This document shows positions 24,773 through 37,773 of a DNA stretch of 64,000 nucleotides, one piece after another. The stretch covers positions 23,684,001-23,748,000 of the forward strand of contig NC_082729.1 of NCBI RefSeq assembly GCF_030144855.1. Direction: 5' to 3'. The DNA is from Hypanus sabinus (taxonomy: Eukaryota). Made by a program: the position numbers and the translations under genes. The first letter of the stretch is position 1. Each line of letters begins with the position of its first letter. The notes under the pieces were generated by a model, which saw only the letters and a program-made list of their open reading frames with translations, did not search any database and was not told where the DNA came from.

Positions 24773-25276
24773 AAACCATTACAAAATACAGTCCAATACT
24801 CACATTAATCTCAGAATATGGAAAAGGGGAATTTAGCCGACTGTAGGTACTTGGTAAGTTCTCCAAGATGTTTGGGACAACCTACAAGCCGATTTGTTTT
24901 TAATATAAATCTCCACGACAGTGGAAGTAAGAGAAGTGATGGAGCATTACAGGCAGAGGGTGTTAACACCAAATATTGATCTGATTTTGTTTTTCTTTTA
25001 CTATTTACTGTTCTTTATAGTAATAGTTAGATTTTTAGAAACTTTACAAATCATTAGGCTACTTTATTAGATAAAGCTGTATACCTGCTCGTTAATGCAA
25101 AGATCTAATCAGCCAATCATATGGCAGCAACGCAATGCATAAAAGCATGCAGAAATGGTCAAGAAATTCGGTTGTTATTCAGACCAAACATCAGAATGGG
25201 AAAGGAACGTGATCTAAGTGACTCTGATCGGTCACACCAGACAGATTGTTTTGTGTATTTCAGAAACTGCTGATTT

Positions 25277-28200
25277 CCTTTTCCAATATTTTTATTAGTT
25301 TCTACATAGAAGAATACAGAGTGCAAGAAAGTGTATATAAAAGATCAAAAAGATGTTAAAACTACCAATTTCATTATATCTGTTCATAATAACAATCTTA
25401 TTACCCTGTATTCATGTAAGTTAATCAATAGTTATATTGAAATATACTAATCTATTGCCAAAAAAAGAGTCTAACCCCTACCAAGACCGAAGCTGTTTAT
25501 TGAGGAAAGAAAGTAAGATACTTTCTTATATAATACAAATTAATAATAGCCAACATCTGAGTTTAAACAACGAATTGAAGGTTTTGAAAATGATTCAGAA
25601 AAGATCCCCACAGTGTTTGAAAGTCTTGACGAGATTCAGAAATTGAACAACGAATCTTCTCTAAATCTAAACATGACATAAGGTCACATAAACATTGAGG
25701 ATGAGTAGGAGGAAGAACATTTTTCCATTTAAACAAAAGCGCCCTCCAGACTATAAGAGAGCTAAAGGCCAAACTATGTAATTCAAAGGCCTTCAGCTTA
25801 ATGTCTTGTCCTGCAACAATACCGAATAGGGCCGTCAGATGGTTAGCTTAACATTGACTTTAAAAAGTAAGGAAAAAAAATTTGAAAAACTTCCTTCCAA
25901 TATTTTTCAAGATTCGGATAAGTCCTAAACATATGAATGAATGAAGCTTCTCCATTATTACATCTGTCACAGCAGGGAGATATATCCGAATAAAAACGAG
26001 ATGGCTTATCCTTAGTCACAAGAACTCTATCTACCACCTTAAATTGTCTGAGGGAATGACGAGCACCTAGCGATGAAGTATTAGCTAGTTTAAAAATTTC
26101 ATCCCAAGTTTCCTCAGATATCGTTGTCTGTAGATCTTGTTCCCAGAGATTCTTAATTTTCTCTAAAGGAACATTCCTCGTCTCCAGTAACATACCATAA
26201 ATTTTAGACATAGAACCATTAAGAAAAGGTGTCAAACTAAAAGTTACGTCTAGTAAGTTCTTATCTGAGCTAATAGGGAATGTACATAATTGAGATTTTA
26301 AACAGTCTCTGATTTGGAAATATTTTAAAAAGAGAATTTTGGGTAAGCTGCAAAGTATATTTAGCTGACAATTGCTCAAATGAAAGATAGTTTCCTCCAA
26401 CAAGCAGATCTCAAAAATATTTAATACCCAACCTGTCCCATTCTTTAAAAACTAAATTAGTCATAGAGGGTTTGAAAAATTTGAATAGTTGGGACTTGAA
26501 TGGGAATATCTCAATAAACCAAAGTGTTTTCTAAATTGTATCCAGATCCTCAGAGATTGTTTAAATATTAAATTCTAAGTTTCCTTACAAATAAAAGAAG
26601 TCAGGAACCAAGAAGAGAAATAATAGGAAATTTATTATCAGAATTAGCTTCTAAAGAGACCCATACCGGACAATCTACACCATTAATATAATATAGACAA
26701 AAAGTAAAATATCGAATATTAACTGCCCAGTAATTAAACCTAAAATTAAGTAAGGCTAAACCTCTAGACTTTTTAGATTTTTGAAGATGAATTTTATTTA
26801 AATGTGGAGTTTTATTTTTTCATATATTGGAGGATAAAATAGAACCAAGAGAGTCTAAAAAGGATTTAGGAGTAAAAATGGGTAAATCCCGAAAAAGATA
26901 TATAACTTTTGGTAGAATATTCATTTTAGTAGAATTAATTAGTCCAATCAACGATATTGAAAAGGTGACTGTTGTAGCAGAGTTTTAACACTTTACTTAC
27001 AATAAAAGACAGAGACTCTCTGGGCTCAGTTCGCAGCGAGAACCTTTATTGTCGTGATGATCACGGAGAGTCAGTCTCTCCACCGTGAGGGTTGACCCGA
27101 TGCGTAAACATGTTGACCTTTTATCCTGAAAGATGAAACAGTCTGACGTACAAGAAAGTGATAACATCGCATGTCATGTCTAGTCTGCGGTTAACAATTA
27201 AGCTATTTATGTTGCAGTTCTCCTAGGAACATTGATCTGCAGAAGTAAGGAGTTAACACCTCTGACAAACATAACTTCTGCAGAAGAAACTTGTTAACAC
27301 CTTTGATACATACTAAGCCGAATGTTCCAAAAACAGGGGCTCCTAGCAGCAAGCAAAGAAAATTCTGCAAATGCTTCCTTACAACTTTAAAAGAGAGATT
27401 AGTATTAATTGATATCAAATTATTGAAAGGAAATAGTTCACTCCTACGTAGGTTCAACTTATACCCTGAAAACTGGCTAAAACGGGTGAGTAAAGAAAGT
27501 AGGAAAGGTAACGACGTCTCGGCATTGGAGATAAACACAATATATCATCAGCATAAAGTGAAATTTTGTGAGTAATACCTCTCCTTAAAATACCGCAGAT
27601 ATCATTAGATTCTCGAAAAGCAATGGCAAGGGGTTCTAAACTTAAATCAAAGAGCAAAGGGCTCAATGGACAGCCTTGTCTAGTTCTGCAATGAAGTTTA
27701 AATGGTTTGGAATTTTGAAAGCTAGTAAGAATCCGAGCAGAAGGAGATAGATAAAGTAATTGAATCCATTGAATAAAATCTGGTCCAAAATTAAAATTTT
27801 CTAAGTTTGTAAATAAATAATTCCATTCAACCCAATCAAAGGCCTTCTCAGCATCTAAGAATATCACACTTAACCTATATCTCCTGGGAGGGAGAGTAAG
27901 TAACATTCAATACATGGAGTATGTTAAAATCAGAATGTCGGTTTTTAATAAATCCAGTCTGATCATCAGAAATAATAGAAGGTTGAATGTTTTCAATCCT
28001 ACGAGTCAGAACTTTAGAAAGGATTTTAGTATGAACATTGAGTAATGAAATTGGCCTGTATGAAGAGCATTCAGTTGGGTCCTTGTTCTTCTTTAGGATA
28101 AGAAAAATAGAGGCTTCATAGAAAGATTGAGGCAAGCTACCCAATTTGAAAGAATCCAAAACGAGTAAGACTAACTGCGGTATAATTAATGAAGAAAAAG

Positions 28201-29835
28201 CCTTATAAAATTCTCCAGAAAATCAATCTGGACCCGGAGCCTTCCCCGAGTGTAATGAATGTATAGCCTCGGCAATTTCCTCATAAGAAATGGGTTGATC
28301 CATATGTTTACAATTATCTGCAAAAAGTACAGGGATATTTAATTGATCTAGAAAATTATTCATTACAGTATTATCTTTAGGGTAATCAGAACTATAAAGT
28401 TTAGAATAGCATTCTTTAAAGGTATCATTTATTTCAGAGTGATCAGTTGTCCTATCACCATTAGGTTTGTAAATTTCTTTAATTTGTCGTTTAACTACAG
28501 AAGCTTTTAGTTGGTTGACTAATACTTTGCCTGATTTATCTCCGTGATTGTAAATTTGAGTTCTATCTTTAAGAAGTTGAGTTTAAATTGGATATGTTAA
28601 CAAAAAATCATATTTAGTTTAAACTTCAGCACGTCTTTTATATAAAACAGGATCTGGAACTATAGCATATTCTTGATCTAATTGTTTCAATTGGTTGGCT
28701 AATTCAATTCTTTCTTTATTAGCTTTATTCTTAACACTCGCAGTAGGAGAAATTATTTGTCCTCTAATATAGGCGTTGGGAGTATCCCATACAATCAGAT
28801 TAGAATTTTCTTCCTTTTTTATTCTCTTCAAAAAACAAAATAATATGCCTCTTTAGAAATTTTAAAAAATCATTATCAGACAACAAAGTTGCCCCTACAA
28901 CGGCATTTGTGAATTAGAAGTTTCTTATTTAATCTTGTGTCTTCATGTAAGGACAAACTAAACAGCTAACCTTCGGATTAAAAAAACCTTTGTGCTTCAG
29001 CAGTCGAGCGAAACGATTCCAAAGATCCATTTTTAAGTGTGATTCTGAGTCGAGCAGGGTAGCGAAGGGAACCCTTGTTAAAAAAACTCGGACATAACCT
29101 CATAACCTCATTTGGGTAATCTGCAACAAACCTAATCTTCCAATCGTGCCTCTTCGACTTGATTCGTGTATTAATTAACTGTATTAACAGTTCATTTGTT
29201 TTAAGTTCATGAAAACCGAATATTGCTAATCTTGGGCTATCTCTGTTAGGAGTTCTAAACACGGGATACCTGTGAACTCGATCAATCATAAGCAAAGACG
29301 TCAACATTTCCGGAAATAATTCTTGTAGAAAGTTTGCAAAGAATTCGATAGGATGATTACTTTCGGTTAACTCTTTGAGACCCAGAACCCTTAAGTTGTT
29401 CCTTCTACGTCTATTTTCTGTGTTGACAATCTTCTGTCTTAGCTTTTCGTTGGACCTGGATTGATTTTCATAAAGCTTTTGCAGTTCATCCACTTCTGTT
29501 TGCAGAAACGAAAAAATTGCTTCATTATTTTTATGCGATTATCGTGTTCATTAAGTTTGTTGAATAGAATTCAATTTACCTTCTATCAGTTTAAATTCAT
29601 ATCTGAATTGTTGAAACTTCTCAGAGGCTTCTCGTGTATGCATTGTAGAAAATCCACAATAGAATCCAAAGAAGCAGGGGATCATCTTTTTTAGTACCTC
29701 TGCCACTCCGTGTAGCCATAATGAAAAAAAAAATCACACTTAAAAAAGAAGTTTCAAGACAGGTTGGACCTAGGAAGATAACTAGAGTTGGAGCAACGGC
29801 AGATTGCTGTTACTCCATCAGCTACCACCAGGAAA
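25277..29835 (-). mobile_element. L1-clade LINE (ORF1 plus degenerate ORF2, endonuclease region deleted) with ~17-bp TSD
   Basis: ORF1 RRNNLRVLGLKE...LRYPARLRIT. RT FLDAEKAFD, QGCPLSPLLF, YADD. C-terminal CDRC...H. TSD tcagaaactgctga(t/c)tt at 25260-25276 and 29836-29852; the empty site is at ~55425-55445. Confidence 0.95.
26973..27368 (-). mobile_element. Probable solo LTR nested in the L1
   Basis: Non-L1 segment interrupting ORF2, with imperfect inverted ends tgtagcagagtttt / aaaattctgca and an AATAAA on the - strand. Confidence 0.5.
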
Positions 29836-30602
29836 TCAGAAACTGCTGACTTAATGGGATTCTCACGCACAACAGTCAGTTTAGAGTTTACCGAGAAGGG
29901 TGAGATAAAAACCATCCTGTTCTGTGGGTGAAAATGACTTGTAAGGAGAGAGGTCATAGGAACATAGAGACTACTTGGTGAACGAGGTGTATACAGTTCT
30001 GGTAGCCCATTGCAGGAAAGATGTCGAGGCTTTGCAGAGGGTGTAGAGGAGATATACCAGAATGCTGCCCGTATTGGAGAGCATCGTCTATTACGAGATG
30101 TTGAACACACTTGGTTTATTTTCACTGGGGTGGTGGGATGACGTTTAGAAGATAAAGAAAGGCATGGATATTCAGTGTGTTTCCCGGGGTTGTACTGTTT
30201 GATACCAGAGGACGTCCATTTAAATTGAGAGGGCGTCATTCCGAAGGAGATACCAAGCCCAGGTTAATTGCACGGACAGTGGTGTGTGTCTGGCACTCGC
30301 TGCCTGGAATGGTGGTAAGTGTAGATAGGTTAGAGACCTTTAAGAGATGATTAGACAGGTAGAATCAGCATCAAGGAAGGATATCTCCATTGTGTAGGCG
30401 GAGGGTATTTGGTTAATTGGCCATTTATTGACTGATTGATTTGGTACAGTACATTGTAGGGCGAGTGGTCTATGTTCTATGTTCTGAGAGATTAAAGTAG
30501 GAGTGTAGCAAAGCCTCCACTGCCGATCATAACTGCAACCGACTGTCCACTGCGTCTGTAGTCAGGGGATATCGGTCGAATGTCTGGCCGCGAGGAACTC
30601 CC

Positions 30603-31559
30603 TCAGACATTCGTATTTAAGGTGAGGTTGGGGGTTTGAGACTGGGTCTCCAATTCTGGCCTCTGCTCGGCGAAGGCCAGATGGAGCGAGGCGAGGAGGG
30701 AGCGCCTGAAGACCTGGTGGAATTCACGGCCAGCGAAGACATAGAGAAGGGGGTTGAGAGCGCTGTTGAAGGAGGCCAGGGCTACAGTGAATAATGACCA
30801 GTCCTGGGGAATCGGTGTGGTGAAGGCCGATAGGAGGTCGCACACAACGTTGGGGATCCAACAGATCATAAAGGCCACGACCACGGTGATGATGAGGCGG
30901 ACAGGTTTCTTCGATTTTACGAACCTGTTCCCTTGCAGCCCGAAGCCAACCAGGGAGTAGCTGGTGATCATAATTAGAAGGGGGAGGACGAAGATGAAAA
31001 CAATCCAAAATGGCTCCAAGACGGTCAACTCCTTCGTCCAATCCGGAAGCAGGAGGACGGGCAGGTACATGACGAAGGCTAAGATCCAGACTCCGAAGCA
31101 GGCCACACGTATCCACGTGAGGCTCAGATGTTGCTGGAACCACCTATGCCGAGTAATAGCCAGGCAGCGGCAGATGCTGATCAGACATAACAGATAAGTG
31201 CTGGCGGATGCGTTGAGGAACGTCAACGTTCCAATAATCTTCATGGAAAAGTAGGCGTTGTATCCAGAGTAGAACAGGGAGATGTTGGCCATTCTGAAAG
31301 GAAGGGTGAGGCAATAGATCAGGTCAGCCAGAGCCAGGTTCAGGAAACACACCGTGTGGACCTTACTCTTCATCTTGAAGCCCGTCACCCAGATAACTGC
31401 GCCATTACCCGGGACCCCCAGTAGGAAGGTGAGAATGAAGATGACCATTGTCATGACGGAAGTTGCTCCCCATTCCATTCTGTTTCCATCGACCGTGGAA
31501 TTGTGGGAGGAGAGATTCCCAGCGAGCGTCGAACTGGTCACTCCTTCGGAGAACGACAT
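30603..31559 (-). CDS. Class A GPCR, chemoattractant (C3aR/C5aR/FPR/CMKLR1)-like, copy 1, intact, 318 aa, single coding exon
   Basis: Seven TM segments with LGVPGNGAVIWVTGFKMK, FLNLALADL, LPF, ISICRC, W4.50, LPLLIMITSY, FMICWIP, NSALNPLLYVFAGREF. N-glycosylation sequons in the N-terminus. ATG (31559) lies just after a pyrimidine tract plus ccaccag acceptor (31568-31569). Confidence 0.92.
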   Translation of the reverse strand: MSFSEGVTSSTLAGNLSSHNSTVDGNRMEWGATSVMTMVIFILTFLLGVPGNGAVIWVTGFKMKSKVHTVCFLNLALADLIYCLTLPFRMANISLFYSGYNAYFSMKIIGTLTFLNASASTYLLCLISICRCLAITRHRWFQQHLSLTWIRVACFGVWILAFVMYLPVLLLPDWTKELTVLEPFWIVFIFVLPLLIMITSYSLVGFGLQGNRFVKSKKPVRLIITVVVAFMICWIPNVVCDLLSAFTTPIPQDWSLFTVALASFNSALNPLLYVFAGREFHQVFRRSLLASLHLAFAEQRPELETQSQTPNLTLNTNV

Positions 31560-34500
31560 TGTCGGATCTGGTGGAGGAGATATCGTGGAATTGAGAGGGG
31601 TACAGAATGGAGAGGCGGCGAATACAGGGGAAGAGGCGAGAGCGAAGAGGGAAGGAGAAGAAGGGGAGTAGTGATGGGGTGTAACACAGAACAGAAATCT
31701 GACTGAGCGCAACAGTAGTGAAGGCGGCGGAAGTCTGCTGCAGAGCAGAGACCACAATAGTCTTGCATTCCAAGCCACTGGACCCAGACCAGCATGTCCC
31801 CGATCTGTCAACGACCATGTGATGTATGGCCCGTGCATTAGCTTCCCCACTTTAGACAAAGTCACGCGCGGCCGATCTCCATTAAGGGAATGTACTCATA
31901 ACATTGCCGTTATATGGTCCTGCATTGGCCTCTACAGCCCGCCGAGGACCCACGGATGACAATCCCTTAGAAGAACATTCTACTGGACTCGAACGATCAA
32001 TCTACTACCAGTACTAATTCTTGCTCCCGTGACCTTCGTGAAATTTCCTGTGTTTAACCAGGTGGGTTGCTGGGCAGTGCGGCTCGTTGGGCCGGAAGGG
32101 CCGATTACTAGACAGTAATATATTAACTTGATGCATTGCACTGTCACCAAAAGAGGAACACATTACAGGCATACTGTATGTGAGTGACGATAAACCTGAT
32201 TCTGATATGGGTCTTTGTTTGTGGACTGAGTCTGGTAACGGGGCTGGGAGAAGGGAATCAAGCTTGGAGAAAAGGGGATGGGGCATGGGAGGAAGCAGAA
32301 AGCACCAAAGTGTCATTCTGTAATAGTCAACAAACTATTTTTTTTTAGAATCAGATGACCATCACTGCTGTCTCAGCTCAGTGCGTGTTTGCATCCGCGC
32401 CAGCAGCCGCCCCCAACACCGACTCTGGCATTCCTTCTCTGGCACCTGTCCCACATCCCTCCCATGGCGCTTCACCCTCGCCAGTCCCAGCATCCTTTGC
32501 TTCCGCCCGACGCTCTCCGGTCTCCGTTGACAAATATAGTACTGTGCAAAAGTCGAAGGCGCTCTCAATGCCGAAATGTGCCCAGGACGTTTGTAGAGTC
32601 CGGCAAGAACACAGAACAATCCAGCACAGGAATAGTTCACAATATTGTACTGAACCAATTAAATTAGTCATCACATGGCCTACGGAACTAATGGTGTCTG
32701 CTGACACAATGTCGACTTCCCTCACATTCATGTTCCCATCCAAGCGGCTCTCAACAGTCTCAATGTATCTGCCTCCACCACCATTCTGTAAGCGCATTCC
32801 AGGCCCCCACGCTATGTGAAAAACAAATTACCCTTCTCGTCTCCTTTGATCATACCCCCTCTCACCTTAAATCCCCGCCCTCTGGTACTGGCCATTTCAA
32901 CACTCGGGAAATAGATACTGTCTGTCTACTCCATCTGTGCCTCTCATCACCTTATAAACAGCTTCTACCACTGCCACCATTACTACCATTACCAACACGA
33001 CCAATATTACCAGTATTCCTATTGCTGTACGTTCAGTACAGAAACAGGTTCTTGGCCTATCATACCATGCCCACCATTTCCCCATTTACATTAATCCATC
33101 TTGCATCCCTTTGGAACCGTGACTGCGTATGTCTCATCTATTCACGTGTCTGCGTAAATACCTCTTACAGGTATTCATTGCATATGATGTTTGTCACCTC
33201 CCCTGGCAGCCACGTTCAATGTGTCAGTTCATGATGGACGGCACGGTAGCGCAGTGATTAACATAACTCTGCTGCAACCCAGCAAACAGGGTTCATCTCC
33301 CGCCGCTGTCGAGAGGCAGTTTAGAATTTGTCCCCACTATTGCGTGGCTTTATTCTGGGTGCTCCAGTTTCCTCACAAATAAGATTATAATTCAATAAGA
33401 TATAGGAACAGAATTAGTTCATTTGGCTCATTGAATCTGCTCCGCCATATTGCTTTTCAGCCCCAGTCTCTTCCCTTCCCATTGGTTACGAGCATGCCCC
33501 GACCTATCAAGAATCTATCACCTCCGTCTTAAAAATACAGAAACATGCAGCTCTCCGTGGCAATGAATTTTATAGATTCCCCACACTCTGGCGACAGAAA
33601 TTAAACATAATCTCCTTTCTAAAAGGACGGCCCACCCTCCTGAGGCTGTGCCGTTTGCTCCTAGCCTCCCACAACATAGGAAACATCTCCTCCACATCGA
33701 CTGCATCGAGGCCTTTCCACAGTCCGCAGGTTTCGGCGAAGTCACCTCTCATTCTTCTGAATTTCAGTGAGTAGAAGACCGGGACCACAAAATGTTCCTC
33801 ATGTGATCAGCCTTTCAATCCCTGAAGGCCTGAGACTCTGGTAGGTTAATTGATCACATGGGTGTATTTGGGCGCGGCGGTCTCGTAGTGCCGGAAAGGC
33901 TTGTTACAGTGCTGTATCTCAAAATCGAACTGACATTTAAAACAAACTTAAAAAAACTATCCCTTATATTCGATTTAACTCTCCTATCCTCAAGATAAAT
34001 ACAGTATATGCCTTCCTTTTAATGTTGCTCCTACAATGGGAAAGCGATTCTGTATACACCGTCTCTGTATCTGTTATTTTAATTTATTTTGTCAGGGGTT
34101 CGGTCAGCGTCCTTCGACCACATGGAAAACAAGACCAACCTCTGTAATCTCTGGAGTTCTCCTCATGTTAACAACCCCACTGCGCTGCCTTCACTGGGTT
34201 ATCTCCAGAAAAACCTTCCAAAAGTAGTAAGGCAGGGTTTCTTCCGCAACACAGCCACGCTGATGATCCCTGATCAGCCGCCACATTTCCAAATTAATGT
34301 AAATCCCATGGAAATTCATCTCACCTTTCGCTGGAATCTCCGGCTCCGTCACCGGTCCTTAGCAGTATTTAATACTTGCACTCAGACGTTAATTTCGACG
34401 GTGGGGTTCCTTGGGTGCTCCAGGTGCATCAGGGAGTTGTGTCTTGTGCGGAATTTGGATGCTGATTTAGCAATGGTGGGGATCTTAATTCCGAATGAGC

Positions 34501-34699
34501 CGAAGAGATGTGTTATTCCACCTCGGTAGAGACACTCTGTGTTTGAAGTTCCAAGAAGCTCAATATGAGGAAGTTGAGCTGTTGACATCAGAAGATAATA
34601 CTTTACTCAGAAAGCAGAGAAGAACAAAACATTTCCTTTTATTTTTGAGAAGTAGATAAAGAGGTCACGCGGTTAATTTCTGAAATTAACCCTATATGG

Positions 34700-37650
34700 T
34701 CCATGTGACTTATCTACATTCAGACCTTTGAAGTTCCCCAAAACTTTCGCCCTCGGAACAGTGAATCCATAAACTTCATGCAGGTGTCTTCCACAATGAA
34801 TACTGAGGCAAAATACTTGTTCAGATGCTCCGTCGTTTCCATATCTCCCATTAGTGTCTCTCCAGCAACATTTTACAGCGGTCCATTATTACCATTCTCG
34901 CTTCTCTTTAACACTTTACGTCTCTAAAGAAACTTCAGTATCCTTTTTAATATTATTGGCTAGCTTACCTTCTTATTCCATCCTGAGCTTTTTAACGACT
35001 TTTCAGTTTTTCCAATTGGTTTTTAAAAGCTTTCTAATTCCCTAACTATCTAGCAATTCTTGCTGTAATATATAGCCATGTTGGGCTTTATGTTGGCATT
35101 AATTTCTCTTCTTGGCTATGATTGTTTCATTTTGCCTAGAGAGTACTTCTTCCCGTTTGGGATCTCTATACGTTGTGCCTTCTGAATTGCTTCGAGATAT
35201 TCCAGCCATTGCTGCTGTTACGGTACGTGTCCGGCAGCAATGAAAATACAATTGAGTCAGGTTTTTTTTAATCAACAAGTAAACATTTATTAAACTCTGC
35301 TCAATAAAAAATGAAAAGTAAACAAGCAACTAATTTAACCGGAAGTTAACTGCTATACGGCAACTCTGGAATAGTGATTAAAGTGGTAAATGCGAACACA
35401 GTCTTAAACGTGGTAAGTACGAAAGTCCAAGTGATTTATGCATTCAATTAGCACAGACTTCCCTGAAGCAGCGAATTCCTCGAAGACGTGACGTTACTGC
35501 TGATCCCAGCGGAAATACGCCTTGCCCGAAGGATTCATGACGAAGGAAATAAAAATGGCTGAAAGGAACTGACCTTTTCTTTGGTGAATGATCACTGCAC
35601 AACCCATTCTACTCTTACAGGTAGCGGTTATCTCAGATGCAGGTCAGTACTTCTTTGAACGAAGATCCAATAAGGTCGATCCTGTATTAAACCGAACTTT
35701 ACTTGATCATTCGGGTACCCGTACTTCGGTAAAGTTTGCACTCTCCAACACTTAAACTTTAAAATTATATAAAAGATACATCAAACAACTGCCAGTGATT
35801 TGCAAAACTGCCGGCACGACATTACAGTAGATAGTAAAACTCCACTTTAGAACGAACCTGCGTCATGAGACCAAATATGCAGCATAACGGAGTAACTGAC
35901 GAATCGAACGACGAGTCAACACAAAACTCCTGCGTCGCAGCAGGCTTCCCTATTTTATACCTGTTGAGAACACGTCATCACCGGACCTCACACTGGCCGG
36001 AAATTACATCACCCCACCATCACAAGACCATTACATTATGCTCAGCAGATATTTAATTACTTCATGGTCATAAGACAGTCACAAGATACCCACGGGTTAT
36101 GTAACACCGCTCTGCCATCGACCGTTCCAGTGTCGTTCTCCAATTAATTCTTGCCAACTCCTCTCTCATGTCTTTAAATCCCTTTACTCTGCTGTCATAC
36201 TGATACATCTGCGTTTAGCTGAACTTTCTCAGGATAAATTCAATCATTTTATCATCACTTTCCTGTTTGGGTTCTTCTATCTTAAGCTTTCTACTCAATT
36301 CCACAAGAAGTTCATCCAGGGTCTTCTTGCACCTACAGTTCTTTAGTTCTATCCGCAATGATTTCATTTCATTTGCCTTTTTTTTACCAAAAGGTTAACG
36401 CCTCCCCTCTGCTTTCCTGCCTGACCTTTCGACACGTTGTGTATCCTTGGACATTAAGCTCCCAGCTACAATCTTCATTCAGCCACGATTCAGTAATACC
36501 CACCCCATCATACGTGCCAACCTGTAACTGTGCCACAACAGAAGTCCAGCTATTTGATTGCGTATGCTGTGCGAAATAAAATATAAAGCTTTCAGTCCTG
36601 TGTTCACACTTTTGGATTTTGTCCGCATTTTACTTTGCCACTCATGCTGTTGACTGCAATTTTCACTGTCATCAGACTTTCCTTGCGAGGATTCTGACTA
36701 CAGATTGTCTCTGTTTGTAAACCAACTGCCTCATATTCAGCACTATTACTCTTGTTCCCACTACCTTGCCAAAAACATTCCCGAACAAATTCGGCGAACC
36801 TGCCCACATTGGACCACCACACACCCCTCAGCCCGTGTTGAGGTGTAATCCGTCCATTTGTACAACCCATACCTTCCCCAGAGGAGATACCCATGATCTT
36901 GAAATTGGAACCCCTGCCTGCACCCAACACCCCCTCATCAGCCACACATTTACCTGGCAATTCCGCCTATCCTCACCATCACTGGCACATGCCAGAGCCA
37001 GCAATCCAGCGATTACTACCCTGGTAGTCTTGATTCTCAGCTTTCTACTGAGCTCCCTAAAATCTCTTCAGCAGTTCCTCACTTTTTCTCCCTAGTTCAT
37101 GGGTGCCAATGCGTACTAAGACTTGTGGCAGTTCACACTCGCCATGGTACCATTCAGAGACATCACTGATCCTGGCACCAGGGAGGGAACATACCATTCT
37201 GGTGCTATTACCGCGACCAGAGAACATCACCTCCGTTTCCCTGATGGTCAACACTGCAGTCCTCTTCACCTCTCTGCTCTGCTGAGGTACAGCACTCAGA
37301 CCCTGTCACTGTGCCCCTCCCTCCCCCGGTAATTCGTCCCCCTCAACAATATTTAAAGTTTTATACTTATTATTAAGGGGAACAACTGCAGGAGTACTCT
37401 GCACTGGCCGTGTATTCCCCATGCTTGTCCTGACAGTTACCTGTCTCCTGACTACCTGGTGGTAGCTCCTGTCTAACACCTCCCCATTCTTCCGCATGAG
37501 TCGAAGGACGTGAAGCTGCAGCTCCAGTTTCTTAATACGTTGTCTGAGTAACTGCAACTCGGCGCTCCTGGTTTAGATGTGTTTATCTGGGCTTTCGTAG
37601 GTCTCACAGACATCTTACATGCCACACGAAGTTCGAAACATTGCCACTGA
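34700..37650 (-). mobile_element. Old degraded CR1 5' portion (ORF1 esterase and ORF2 fragments); paralogue at ~60290-61580
   Basis: RMVCSLPGARISDVSE...VRIGT and QLLRQRIKKLELQL resemble CR1 ORF1. Interrupted by the solo LTR. Confidence 0.75.
35216..36106 (-). mobile_element. Solo LTR (891 bp, Gypsy-like) with 4-bp TSD
   Basis: Termini tgttac...gtaaca, flanks ctgc/ccgc. It is absent at the paralogous site in unit C (agccattgctgctctgccatcg, ~60771). Confidence 0.88.
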
Positions 37651-37773
37651 AGCCATTCTCACTAATTATGAGAAATGAAGAAAGAAGAACAAAGAGAGAG
37701 AATAACGTGCAAGATATACTTCTTGCACAGGACAGGAGTGCACAGGTCAGCAGGAATTAGACCCCAGCGGGGC

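Noticed and set aside
31560-31865. ORF-track start giving a 420-aa receptor
   Set aside because: It starts at a non-ATG codon and crosses a polypyrimidine tract/acceptor. ATG 31559 is preferred; the long form is kept only as a low-confidence finding.
32355-32819. Ala/Pro-rich ORFs shared with 57763-58410
   Set aside because: The similarity follows from the segmental duplication and they overlap repeat-derived sequence. No consistent start, splice or domain evidence.
34089-34529. Plus-strand ORF also open in unit C (59835-60083)
   Set aside because: Differences between copies mostly change amino acids, ORF ends differ, and no domain is recognisable. It is better explained as a conserved non-coding block.
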